This document shows, piece by piece, positions 13,479-24,699 of a stretch of DNA of 64,000 bases. The notes under the pieces were generated by a model that saw only the letters and a program-made list of their open reading frames with translations, did no database searches and was not told where the DNA came from. A program made the translations under genes and the position numbers. Every line of letters starts with the position of its first letter. The first letter of the stretch is position 1. This stretch comes from Albugo candida (Eukaryota): NCBI GenBank assembly GCA_040437565.1, contig JBDOQK010000009.1, positions 1 to 64,000 on the forward strand. The letters are read 5' to 3'.

Positions 13479-14393
13479 TCACCATATTAAATACTTAATT
13501 CCGTACTTATTATTCTCCTTACTATCTATCGCGTCTGAAGAATGACACTCGGTAAGAGAGCAAGCGCGGATCTGACAATCGTGGTCTCCGCCAGTTTGAA
13601 CGGTCTGATGATAGTCTACTATTGCTCTGTCTAATAAAAACGTAATTTCTTGTATTGTCATATTCGCCTCCATCAAAGCTTGTACAATATCCAAGTCTGT
13701 ATGATACTGTGCTACCTTACCATTCTCGTCGAACAAAAAGTGTTTGCTTGCACGGTAACAAAGCTTTTGTCCCAAGATCCGCTGATAGATAGGCTCTCTC
13801 CTCGATACCCCTGGAAATATAATGCTAAGCGTATTTTCTGTGACAACCACGTTGATGCCAATCTTGGTCACAATGAGTGGTGATCGATCGACATAAATTG
13901 ATTCAATATTGTACGTAGCCAACTCGATTTGTGAGTACGCTTTAGCAAAACGTTCCCAGTAGTCAATGATGGATCGTATGCCTGTGTACGCTCCAAAAAC
14001 AACGCCATCATGCATCCACATCGATATAAAGTCTAATTGCTTATCCAAGAGCTCTTGTTTCGCGCTATCTGTAGCAGTTGGATGTTGCGCGTCGTCATTC
14101 GCACTGAGTTGCCGGGGTATACCGTTCCGAAATAATTCAAGGTACTTTGTGACCAGTCTCAATGCATTTCTCTTCCGCTCACTCGCTATCTCTGAATTGG
14201 AGGCATCAAGACGCGTCTCGATAGAAGTCTGTAAAGCATCGACTTCCTTGCGCAAAGCAAAAACCGTGCTTACAAGTTCCATCTCATACTTCCTTCGTTT
14301 CGCTCGAAACTCCTTACCACGCTCACTATTGCTTTTTTTGCGAGATGCTCTAGATAGTCCTGTATTGGAATACTTATTTAATTCCGTTGTCAT
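13479..14393 (-). CDS. Oomycete-type bZIP transcription factor
   Basis: 304-aa ORF. Basic region RKKSNSERGKEFRAKRRK followed by a heptad zipper (LVSTVFALRKEVDALQTSI) and the C-terminal domain typical of the expanded oomycete bZIP family (YLELFRNG...W...FLFDENGKV). An upstream exon is possible. Confidence 0.8.
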   Translation of the reverse strand: MTTELNKYSNTGLSRASRKKSNSERGKEFRAKRRKYEMELVSTVFALRKEVDALQTSIETRLDASNSEIASERKRNALRLVTKYLELFRNGIPRQLSANDDAQHPTATDSAKQELLDKQLDFISMWMHDGVVFGAYTGIRSIIDYWERFAKAYSQIELATYNIESIYVDRSPLIVTKIGINVVVTENTLSIIFPGVSRREPIYQRILGQKLCYRASKHFLFDENGKVAQYHTDLDIVQALMEANMTIQEITFLLDRAIVDYHQTVQTGGDHDCQIRACSLTECHSSDAIDSKENNKYGIKYLIW

Positions 14394-16664
14394 CAGTTTG
14401 ATGAAGGATCGAAACTCATAGTCTTCAGCTTTTTTCTACATAGTAGTTGAGGATACTAGTTTCTACCAATCATCATCTATAGGGTGGAGGGACAAGGCTT
14501 CAACATCTATTTATATAAATGATACCCTCACTGATATGATGGTAATATTGGAGTCATGCATGCCCGAAACGCTCGGTACCAAAATCTAGAGGTATATTAC
14601 CCGACGGGAGAAGATTACGATGATTGTCACACACAGTACATGCGTACAAAGTAATGAGATCCTCAAGTACCACCACACAAAATTCGAAGTTGGTCAAATA
14701 TCATAAGAGATCCGTTTGAAATTTGTTACAGTAGAATACAGTAAATTATACTAAAATAAATTTCTGATACTGTCAATTACCTCCCTTACGTGTAAAAAAT
14801 GTATCATTTACAGCGTTCTACTTGCTAATGTACTGCAACTCTGGCTTCTTATGCATAGCAAGAGTTATACGTAAAGTATCCTTATATGCAATAGAAGTTC
14901 ACTACACAACTTGGATAGCTGACCCTTTCATCCTAGATTGACTCGGATTTACTATCGATAGGATTTGCAATATTCAAGGTTGTGGTGGACATGCTTTACG
15001 GACCCAAAACCTAGAAAGGACGGAAAGAAGAGCGATGGATTTCCTTTCTATATTTCCCGCACATGAATCTTTTTAACTCCAAACTCGGATGAAATAAATA
15101 TTTTGGTACAGAATTTTTGGATAGGCAATGAAGAGTCTTTCATTACACACATGATATGAAACGGCAAGCCCAAGATACCAGGATTGTCTCAATGAGGAAA
15201 CAATATCTGGACGTTAGGGTACGGGGAAGCTGGCCACAGGATCTTTGTCAGGGTTATACTGTCAGTAACCTGATTTTGTTCAAAGCACTCAAGTACGGTT
15301 CAAGTACGCTAAAGGCGTGGGCTTGCGGACTCGTGCCGAGTTGACCGCTTAAGTGCGCGCTTGTTGTTTGCACATCTAGAATCGTCTCTTGAGCGTATTA
15401 CGTGCACGGCCAGCTTTTCGAGTGATGCAATCTACGCTACGATACAATCAAGTATTACTTTGGCACGATACGTTCTTACGTAATGTAAGCTCTCGCTCAT
15501 CGTGTACATTGTACGAACCAGCTTCATCAAATCAGTTATACTAAGTTTATTATATATGGTGGGCACAAACTTTGTCATGTTACCTTGAGGATGCAAATAA
15601 AGCTAAGGGGACTGTACTATCAAATCAGGTGGTCGCTTTATTTCATCAATTCAAGTGCATACTCTGAAGGGTTTTTTGCAATGTGAGTAATAAAGGATAC
15701 TGCAACAACCGTTGTGACAGATGGTGGCGTATCAAATGCTTAATTTTGGAGTTTTTTTAAGTGGCCACATCGCACTCGTAAATGGATACTGATGATCATG
15801 GAACGAACTATGGACTTACGGGTTTGCGAGTATTATATGGTGGTCATCAGTGTGTCGATTGAGGCAGGGGCGGCTATGCTCATTTGATCACTCATTTCAC
15901 TTGGCTAACACTTTTACGCATTATATATTCATATGGTCTACAACGCTAAGAGAAGACATTGGCGCGCTTGTTTCTCGGTTATCGTGAGTATATAGCGGAT
16001 GAAACGCATCTCACTTAAGCTGTATTGGCGTTCATTTCTTAGAACGGATCGTGTTGTAGAAGACATACAGCTTATATTAATTTGCACAAACAACACTGAC
16101 CTGCTACCCAGCTTGTTCAGTCCCAAATTTGCCATTCAGAAATTCGAATGAACAGCGGCTCCAATTTATGTGGTCAAGTCACCTCGCACCAGGTAGTGCA
16201 GTGTCTAATTGCAAAGAAGATCTATATATGTCACCTACAGGACAAGATTGCTTACAGGACACAATGGGTGGGCACACTTCCCAAAAATTAGCTACCCGTT
16301 TTCGCGGAGTCAGTGACGACTTCTCGAAGAAATTGCTCGGCTATCGCATACGGTCTAGCACGGCGCCGATGTGCCACAGTCATGAATGTTTTCGAGGCCC
16401 ATGGTTGCAGAAGGAGCCTTTGATAGAGGATGAAGTCAAAAGTAACTTGGCGTCCCGAACCCGGAAGAAAAAGAGACATTTCTAGTGGTTAACGAAGATC
16501 ATTGAGCAGTTAGATCGGAATAGTGTTGGAAGTACATTATACAGCTTCATACAGTAGAGTTGATACATATGCTTACCTTACGGCTATGAAAGATGAGTTT
16601 ATTTATTGGCATACTACGCACATAAGAAGCGCACATAAGGTATTTTCGTTAGATTCGCACGATA

Positions 16665-18314
16665 ATGCGCGTTGTATGCGTGTCCGACACGCATGGGCTT
16701 CATGACATTTTAGCTAGAAATGCGTCATTTCCTGAGGGTGATTTGTTCATTCATGCTGGTGACTTTACCGACACAGGAGACAGACAAGAGGTACATTTAT
16801 CTTTCTCTCCATTTCTGCGTTTTCTGTTTAGATATCGTAGGTTATAGATTTCAATAAATGGGTGGGCACGCTACCATACAAATACAAAATCGTGATTGCG
16901 GGCAACCACGAATCTACCTTTGATTCGGCTTTTTACGCAAAAAACTGGAAAAAGTACGGACACAGTGTGCAGCACGGTACCTTCCGACTCGTTTTTCGGA
17001 GAGCTTTTGTTGATTGAGCTCTTCAGATCCGGCTCAAGTGCGGGCATTACTGACGAACGCGCTGTACTTGGAAGATCAAGCAGTTATGATTGATGGATTT
17101 AAAGTGTTTGGGTACGCTTTTTCAGCATGGAAGTGCAAGTTAGACATGGAGGAATAGAATTCTGTGTCATTTGTAGGTCTCCTTGGCAGCCTGAATTTTG
17201 CAGTTGGGCATTCAATTTGCCTCGTGGGAAAGTTCTAAACGAAAAATGGATAGCAATTCCAAGTGATGTGGATATATTGGTGACGCATACACCGCCGATG
17301 GGATACGGTGACCGCGTCTGCTTCCATAATGAGCGAGTCAATATCCACGTCGGCGACGCTGATTTACTAACACATGTCAAAAATCGTATCAAACCAATAC
17401 TGCATGTTTTTGGTCACGTTCATGAAGGATATGGGAGTGCTTTTGACGGTAACACGACGTTTTTCAATGCATCATCTTGCACACACAAGTACGCAGCCAT
17501 CAATCCTCCCCTGATTTTCACATTGACTGAGCCACGAAAACGCTTACAAGACACCTCGGTGCCAGAGTACTCTGTTATGATGCATCAGTGGCTTCGCGAA
17601 TGCTCGAAAACATTGACAACTCGCACGAGTAATGGACTCACCAAAAGTATTAGTAGTCCAAACTTTATCGCATTATGCGAGCAAGCAGAAAGAAGTCATT
17701 CCATTCTCATGGAGAATAAAAAAACTTCAACAAAAGCAAGACTTGAAGATTTCCGCGTGGATGGAACGACCGCGGGCCTTTTATTTGAAAGCACTCTGAA
17801 GCTTCGTCCTGTGGCGGGAGTGCATATCCGAGCAATGAGATACCTTTTCCATCAAGGTCACTTGGATGATACTCACGATCCATCGATTCGAACCCTCGAG
17901 TCGGTAAAGTCTGACCTCATCCGACGCAATCATCTGCAGCCATCAAGGCGTCATACTGATGGCGTGATACCGCTAGAGAGTGTGCCGGGGACAGATCGGA
18001 CGACCCACAAGACCGATCGTGTCACTATTCAGCGTGAGAAGAAAATCGGGCATCGTCAGGGAATTGCAAGGCTTTCGACCATGTTTGAAGAACAACTTTG
18101 CTCCTCGTCGAATAAAGTCTGTGCGTCAGAGGAAGAAACCTCAATTGTGATTAAAACGGTAGACTGTGCGCTTTGTGAGCACAATGTACCTGGACACGTG
18201 CATGTAGAAGCGTCTTGCGTTAATGGATCAGATATACGTGCGAAGAATTCGGCACCATGTGATGTAATAGCTACGAAAACAAGCTGTTCCAAGCGATTAT
18301 CATCTTGGTTCTAG
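16665..18314 (+). CDS. MPPED1/2-like calcineurin-type metallophosphoesterase, 4 exons (16665-16790, 16841-16976, 17027-17111, 17177-18314)
   Basis: Motifs SDTH, HAGD, IAGNHE, GSPWQP, THTPP and FGHVHE join in frame across three GT-AG introns of 50, 50 and 65 bp. Confidence 0.92.
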
Positions 18315-18487
18315 CTTCTACCTCGGTATTACTTGTGCAAATATATCATATAATAAGGTGTACAATATCAATCAGGGCCTTCGAAAACCCTTAATCCTTC
18401 CGCATTTGGACCATCGATCGTCAGGTTTTTTAGACGCAGCTTTTAGTAGTCGAAGCGAGGTTGAAAAAGGTAAAAAATGGTTTTTTT

Positions 18488-19849
18488 CTTTTTCTATTTC
18501 ACTTAATGAATTAATTGCATGCTCTTTTTTCCTTATCATTTGCTTTGTGCACAAAATGCAGCAGAAAGAGCCTGGAACGTAGGGTGACGTAGACAGTGTG
18601 CGTGGTATGGTGCATGAAGGTAGTGTATCGCATGGAAATAGTGCGCAAATGCAGTCACTTTCCGTCAATCAAATGATTTCAATGGGGACCGCAAACATAA
18701 CTGCAAACTCTGATATTTTATCCATGGCAAATGCCTTGGAGCCAAATGGTACCGGCAATGTGGTACAGACTGGTACACACATAAGTGAAGGAAAAAAGAA
18801 GAAACCCGGCCGAAGTCCGAGTCAAATTTGGGTGCTTTTGACGGACGAACCGAATCCGCAACGTAAGAATGCAGCCGCCTGCAAGCACTGCAAGCAGCAG
18901 GTTTTGTATTACAAGAAATCAGAGCAAGCAATCCGTCATCTGAAGAAATGCTCAGTGTTTCAAAGCAATCAGCATCAGTATGCATTCATCGCGCAGTTTC
19001 AAGACATTTTACCGCTGTACAATCAGAAAATTAATGCAAAGGGACCCGTTAGGAAACGAAAACACACAAATTTGCTACAGAATCGAGACACACAGTCGAA
19101 AAAGCATGCACAGAGGACNNNNNNNNNNNNNNNNNNNNNNNNNNNNNNNNNNNNNNNNNNNNNNNNNNNNNNNNNNNNNNNNNNNNNNNNNNNNNNNNNN
19201 NNNNNNNNNNNNNNNNNNCTTTTTCTATTTCACTTAATGAATTAATTGCATGCTCTTTTTTCCTTATCATTTGCTTTGTGCACAAAATGCAGCAGAAAGA
19301 GCCTGGAACGTAGGGTGACGTAGACAGTGTGCGTGGTATGGTGCATGAAGGTAGTGTATCGCATGGAAATAGTGCGCAAATGCAGTCACTTTCCGTCAAT
19401 CAAATGATTTCAATGGGGACCGCAAACATAACTGCAAACTCTGATATTTTATCCATGGCAAATGCCTTGGAGCCAAATGGTACCGGCAATGTGGTACAGA
19501 CTGGTACACACATAAGTGAAGGAAAAAAGAAGAAACCCGGCCGAAGTCCGAGTCAAATTTGGGTGCTTTTGACGGACGAACCGAATCCGCAACGTAAGAA
19601 TGCAGCCGCCTGCAAGCACTGCAAGCAGCAGGTTTTGTATTACAAGAAATCAGAGCAAGCAATCCGTCATCTGAAGAAATGCTCAGTGTTTCAAAGCAAT
19701 CAGCATCAGTATGCATTCATCGCGCAGTTTCAAGACATTTTACCGCTGTACAATCAGAAAATTAATGCAAAGGGACCCGTTAGGAAACGAAAACACACAA
19801 ATTTGCTACAGAATCGAGACACACAGTCGAAAAAGCATGCACAGAGGAC
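18488..19849. other. Gap-flanking duplication (18488-19118 = 19219-19849), probable assembly overlap
   Basis: Apparently identical 631 bp on both sides of the 100-N gap, giving a spurious partial ORF at 18598. Confidence 0.85.
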
Positions 19850-22382
19850 GCACATGACATCAAATCATACGATATCACCAGCTCAAGATCATTTGCAAGT
19901 CGGACAGTCTCATTTTGGAGATCCTAGTTTGACTTCATTCCATGGACAGCAGCTCTATAGCAGTCAGCAAGCATCAGGACAGGCAGTGGCAGTATCAACG
20001 CCTATGCATTTGGGGTCGCAAGTGTTTTCCGATTCGTTTATTGACGCGAGTAGTGTGTTGAAAGAGGAGCGGGAAGGGATGCATTCGAACAAATATTCCA
20101 GTTCAAATCATTCGATTGTGAATATTTACTTGGACAAGGAAGGTGATGCTGTGTCGACGACCGCTGCGAATAATTGGACCGCTCGGAAATCACAACTTGG
20201 TATCAGCCAGCTTCTAAAAAGGCAACAAGAAGAAGTGGAAGAAGCACTTGCAATGCATATATTCGCATCAGGCTTACCATTTGACGCGATTGAAGATCCC
20301 CATCTGGCTCGAGCATTGACGATATTACGAGCCGACGTGAAGCTACCGGACAAAAACAAGCTGGTCAATGAGATCCTACCACGATGCTTCGACAAAGTCA
20401 GCACCAAAGTATGGCGTCACATGTCGTCCAACTCTTCGTTTGTATGTGTCAAAAGAGACGATTGGTCTGGCAGGAATATATACAAAACCGTGTACACATC
20501 GAGCCAAAAGCGCTCAATGGAATTTCTTTATAATGAAACCAGCACGCGTTATTCAGGAGCACAAGATGTCCTCTTTCATGAGGAAATGAGTGGCGAACGA
20601 ATTTCGATGGAAGCTGGAACCGAAGAAGAGGAAGTTTATACGACGTATATAGCAGTACGAGACGATCTGAATTTCTTCCTCGAATCGGAACCAAGTGATC
20701 TCGGCTTCGGCTCGAACTCGGAGGAAAACCACGTCGTCGATGCACTCGAGCAGAAATGCGACGCTGACGCTAGCAAGGATGTTCAAAATCCGAACGGAAG
20801 CAAAGACAGCATGACATCAATGTACAATAAGTCTCAGAATGTCCCTGATACGCAATACACCTCGATTTTGATCGCTCAGGACATTAAACGCGTCATGGGT
20901 GCGATCGGTAGTAATGTTGCCGGCGTGGTTACTGCCTCTACTCGACATCATGCTCGAGCTTGGGAGCTACTGAAAGCCGAATATCCGACCAGGTTTTTCT
21001 ATGGATGTGCGTGTCATGCACTATATTTGATTCTGCTGGACATCTTCCATCCTGAAAAGGTGATTGACCATGACCCTCAGCATCTCCTGCCCGTGATATC
21101 GTCAGAGTATCCATTCATCGATTTGATGAACTTTATTTACGGGTGTGCTGAGTTGACGACATTCTTCACGAATCAACGATACTTTTACAAATCACACTCA
21201 ATGGATTCACACACGTTTCGCCGATTGCAAAGCGTCTCTTCAACGACACAATTGATAGTCGAACGCGTGTCAATGAAATCGCTCCCGTCTTCCAGCACTT
21301 GTGGTTCCATCCCATGGGCAGTATCTCCGTTGGGAATTGAAGTAGAGGCTCTCATCGCGTGCTTCAGTACGTTGCAAGACCTCAAAGGAACGCTACAAGG
21401 ATTCGTCAATGCACCAGAATTTCTGTTACTAGCACCGAATGAACAACTTTGTCAACGCGAGCGGTTGAAATCCTTTTGCTTACAAGCCGATTGGACAAAG
21501 ATTTTGAATCAGATACTTGGAATTCTGCACCCAATTCAGCTGATGCTAACAAAGTTCCAAGACAGCCAAACTCCGATTTCTGAGGTGTACATCGACTTTC
21601 GACGATTGCAATCAGAAGTCGAGATATTTGGTCTTGCACCGAAAGAAGCGGCTTACATGAGGAGACTCGTGAATGCTCGCGTAGAGTATGCTCTCAGTGA
21701 CGTACACGCTCTAGCATACTTGCTCGATCCGCGATACATTGGGCGATCGGTATCACGCGAATACAGAGAAAAAATTGAAGACTTTATCTTCACATTTCCA
21801 GAATGTGACAGTCAAGTATCAGCGTGTGAGCACCGGAAGCGGATCATATCTTCCGAGTACACAGAGTATGTGGTTTACGCCAAGAGCCAACGAGCCAACC
21901 GTACATTCAAATGGGAAATGCTCGAAAAGGGTGATCGTTCTCCTCTTCAATTTTGGATGGCAGAAGGTGATGACTGGCCGCATCTCAAGCCTTTAGCGCT
22001 ATCGCTTTTCTCATTGAAAGCCTCAAGCATGGGAACCGACAATGATCTCAAAATGCAAACGTTATCGACTTTATTTCAGAACAATCGGCAACATCACTCT
22101 GCTCTGAATGCACGTCGACTAACGTTTATCGTCATCAACGATGTCATACTGTCTGGAAGTCCCGCTTTGTACCATCAGAACACTGCATGCGACGACACGG
22201 AGCGAGAATCGAACACAATTGCATCGAGCACATCTGCGACGTTGTCGGAATTGATACCGCTGCAAGGACACTCTACTGGGCAATCTTCCGAGTTTACAAA
22301 CACAAGCGGTAGTGGAATCTGTACTACAGCCTCAAGTGATCCAGTGCTGCTACCGGAAGGAATGATGATGTGGATGATATGA
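19338..22382 (+). CDS. BED zinc-finger protein derived from a hAT transposase (probably domesticated)
   Basis: Intact ORF of about 1014 aa from the ATG at 19338. BED-like IW...CKHC...HLKKC, hAT core GLPFDAIEDP, GCACHAL, AYLLDPRY, and dimerisation-like PLQFW...WPHLKPLALSLFS. Confidence 0.8.
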   Translation: MVHEGSVSHGNSAQMQSLSVNQMISMGTANITANSDILSMANALEPNGTGNVVQTGTHISEGKKKKPGRSPSQIWVLLTDEPNPQRKNAAACKHCKQQVLYYKKSEQAIRHLKKCSVFQSNQHQYAFIAQFQDILPLYNQKINAKGPVRKRKHTNLLQNRDTQSKKHAQRTHMTSNHTISPAQDHLQVGQSHFGDPSLTSFHGQQLYSSQQASGQAVAVSTPMHLGSQVFSDSFIDASSVLKEEREGMHSNKYSSSNHSIVNIYLDKEGDAVSTTAANNWTARKSQLGISQLLKRQQEEVEEALAMHIFASGLPFDAIEDPHLARALTILRADVKLPDKNKLVNEILPRCFDKVSTKVWRHMSSNSSFVCVKRDDWSGRNIYKTVYTSSQKRSMEFLYNETSTRYSGAQDVLFHEEMSGERISMEAGTEEEEVYTTYIAVRDDLNFFLESEPSDLGFGSNSEENHVVDALEQKCDADASKDVQNPNGSKDSMTSMYNKSQNVPDTQYTSILIAQDIKRVMGAIGSNVAGVVTASTRHHARAWELLKAEYPTRFFYGCACHALYLILLDIFHPEKVIDHDPQHLLPVISSEYPFIDLMNFIYGCAELTTFFTNQRYFYKSHSMDSHTFRRLQSVSSTTQLIVERVSMKSLPSSSTCGSIPWAVSPLGIEVEALIACFSTLQDLKGTLQGFVNAPEFLLLAPNEQLCQRERLKSFCLQADWTKILNQILGILHPIQLMLTKFQDSQTPISEVYIDFRRLQSEVEIFGLAPKEAAYMRRLVNARVEYALSDVHALAYLLDPRYIGRSVSREYREKIEDFIFTFPECDSQVSACEHRKRIISSEYTEYVVYAKSQRANRTFKWEMLEKGDRSPLQFWMAEGDDWPHLKPLALSLFSLKASSMGTDNDLKMQTLSTLFQNNRQHHSALNARRLTFIVINDVILSGSPALYHQNTACDDTERESNTIASSTSATLSELIPLQGHSTGQSSEFTNTSGSGICTTASSDPVLLPEGMMMWMI

Positions 22383-22460
22383 GCAAATGTATGGATTATA
22401 TTAGTATTCTAAGATATTTATAATGTCTGCTACATTGAAAATGGTTCCATTCGGAAGCTT

Positions 22461-24699
22461 TCAATGTACATGAAAGTCGTCAACGTGTGCACAATCGACG
22501 CACACACATTGACCGTCGACAGCGGGACAACTCAATGGTTTGGTGTGATACACGATACCGCGATGAAAATGGCAGAATTCTCGATCACAACGAGAGCAAA
22601 AGTGCAAGATCTTTCGATTGATGGAATTTCGCAGTGAAACACGGCTTTTATTGAATGAGGACGTTGTGGATTTCCGAAGTAAGAATCGTTTTTTCTTCTT
22701 CAGCTGTTCCTTTTCCGAGCCGAGCGCACTGCACGAATTCGCATGTTTGTATGGATCGTGTGATTCTATTTTGTGAGGTTGCTCATCGTCGGTAGATTCC
22801 ACAGCTGTTGCATGCTCTCTTCGGGATGGCCCGTGACATATGAAGCATTGATTTCGAAGTACTTTGGAGGATGCTTCTTTCAAGAGCTTTTGGTTGGAAT
22901 ACAACTTGCCTTTTGACTGTGACACTGGCACCATGTATGTCGATCGACTCGAACGTGAAATCAGACCGAAAGCGTTAATGGCTTCGACAGTAAATTTGTA
23001 CGTTTCCCCGCGACGCAAATGCTCGATCCTCGCAGTCGTTGGCAAGGGAAGTGTCATGAGCTTGAGCCATCGCACTTGCTCGTTTTTGGAACGTGTCCAT
23101 CGAACCGTGTAGCATACAATTGGAACGCCATTATCAACGGGTTTCTCCCAAGACACTATGACCGCTGTTTCTTTCAGTGAGAGTTTGGCTGCTTCTTGAC
23201 TTTGTTCTAATTTATCAGTTGCTTCAACAACGACTCGAGTCGGCATATGTGGCGGTAATCGATGCAATATGCGTAAGAAGAAATTCACATCGCCGTATAT
23301 GAATCCGCGGATTGGGAGGACAATGAACAATGCCAATGCGATAGCTTCATCTAACCACCAAAGCGTTGTTTTGATCCAAGCGAAGAATCTCAGCAACGAA
23401 TAAGGCTCAGCATCCTCATCCTCATCCTGATGCTGATCAAGTACGATCACTTCGCTATTGGCAATCTCCTTTTCTTTGATTGGTAAAGGTGGACTGCATT
23501 TCTTATCACCGGACGCATCATAAACACACAAGCTGTCTGAGACGGAATGAATGGGATGAGTTGATGACATACAATGCACAAAGACGTGGGGACTTCGTCC
23601 GTACGAATTCCATGTTGCTAACCGATACGTGACGTGTTTCTCATCCGGCTGAAGCAAATCGACAAACTCGGTATCGGGACCGCTGTACACTGGAGTCCAA
23701 AAAGCCGATCCTGGGCTTCTTTTCTGTAGCTGAAAGCGTTTTGGAGCTGCCTCCGACGATGACGTCCAAGTGATCCGAGCAAATGCGTGTTTCGACGAGG
23801 ATACGCCTTGAGGCTGCTCATACTCACATGTGGCTTTAACGAGTTTTTCTGGCTTTGCACCCAAGCCCAAATATCGCATGCGTAGAAACATGGCGACCTG
23901 ATGGCGATGTAACTCACTTTCAATGCCAATTTGACGCAATTGTTCTCCGTCGTCTTTCATCAAAAGCGGGAATGTGTACCCGGAAATGGAATGATATCGA
24001 AATAGATCGGCATACTGCGGCAATTGGACCGAAAACGCGATCCAATCTGCGACCTCCTGCACAGTCATTTCGGCACCAATCAGCTCCCATCGCTGCTCGA
24101 GTTCCTTTTTGGAAATCAGAGAATCCTGATTTCGATCCAATTTCTCGTACACGCGCTCGATATCGTCGGCATTTGTCGTTTTGGAAATGACCGATCGCAA
24201 TTCCTTGGCCTCCATGTTGCCACTCGCATCGAGTTCAAAGTAGTGATGCAGTTGGTGACGCATGCGATTCATGTCGTCAAAGACCAGCTCATTCTCACTC
24301 GATGGAGGGGAGTGAGCGATTGCGTAAAAGACTGTTTGTAAGAGGAGGAGATTGACTTTTAGTATGAGTCGATTGCAGGAANNNNNNNNNNNNNNNNNNN
24401 NNNNNNNNNNNNNNNNNNNNNNNNNNNNNNNNNNNNNNNNNNNNNNNNNNNNNNNNNNNNNNNNNNNNNNNNNNNNNNNNNATGACCGATCGCAATTCCT
24501 TGGCCTCCATGTTGCCACTCGCATCGAGTTCAAAGTAGTGATGCAGTTGGTGACGCATGCGATTCATGTCGTCAAAGACCAGCTCATTCTCACTCGATGG
24601 AGGGGAGTGAGCGATTGCGTAAAAGACTGTTTGTAAGAGGAGGAGATTGACTTTTAGTATGAGTCGATTGCAGGAAGAAAACGCGATTCGTTTGCTCAT
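22461..24699 (-). CDS. STIM-like type I membrane protein: signal peptide, two EF-hands, SAM, FN3, TM, FN3, FYVE-like Zn finger (about 647 aa after collapsing the 295-bp gap duplication)
   Basis: EF loops ELDASGNMEAKE and DRNQDSLISKKE. SAM MTVQEVADWIAFSVQLPQYADLF...HRHQV. FN3 motifs YRLATWNSYGRS and VSWEKPVDNGVPI...YKFTVEAINAFG. TM AIALALFIVLPI. Cys cluster CFIC...HFCSRC...FCHFH...CVCVDC. 24482-24676 duplicates 24187-24381. Confidence 0.85.

Noticed and set aside
13966-14421. 151-aa plus-strand ORF and similar antisense ORFs over real genes (e.g. 41335-41973)
   Set aside because: These are shadow frames of genes on the opposite strand with no recognisable motifs.
18598-19245. Separate short BED-finger gene
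   Set aside because: It is a gap-flanking duplicate of the 5' end of the 19338 gene.
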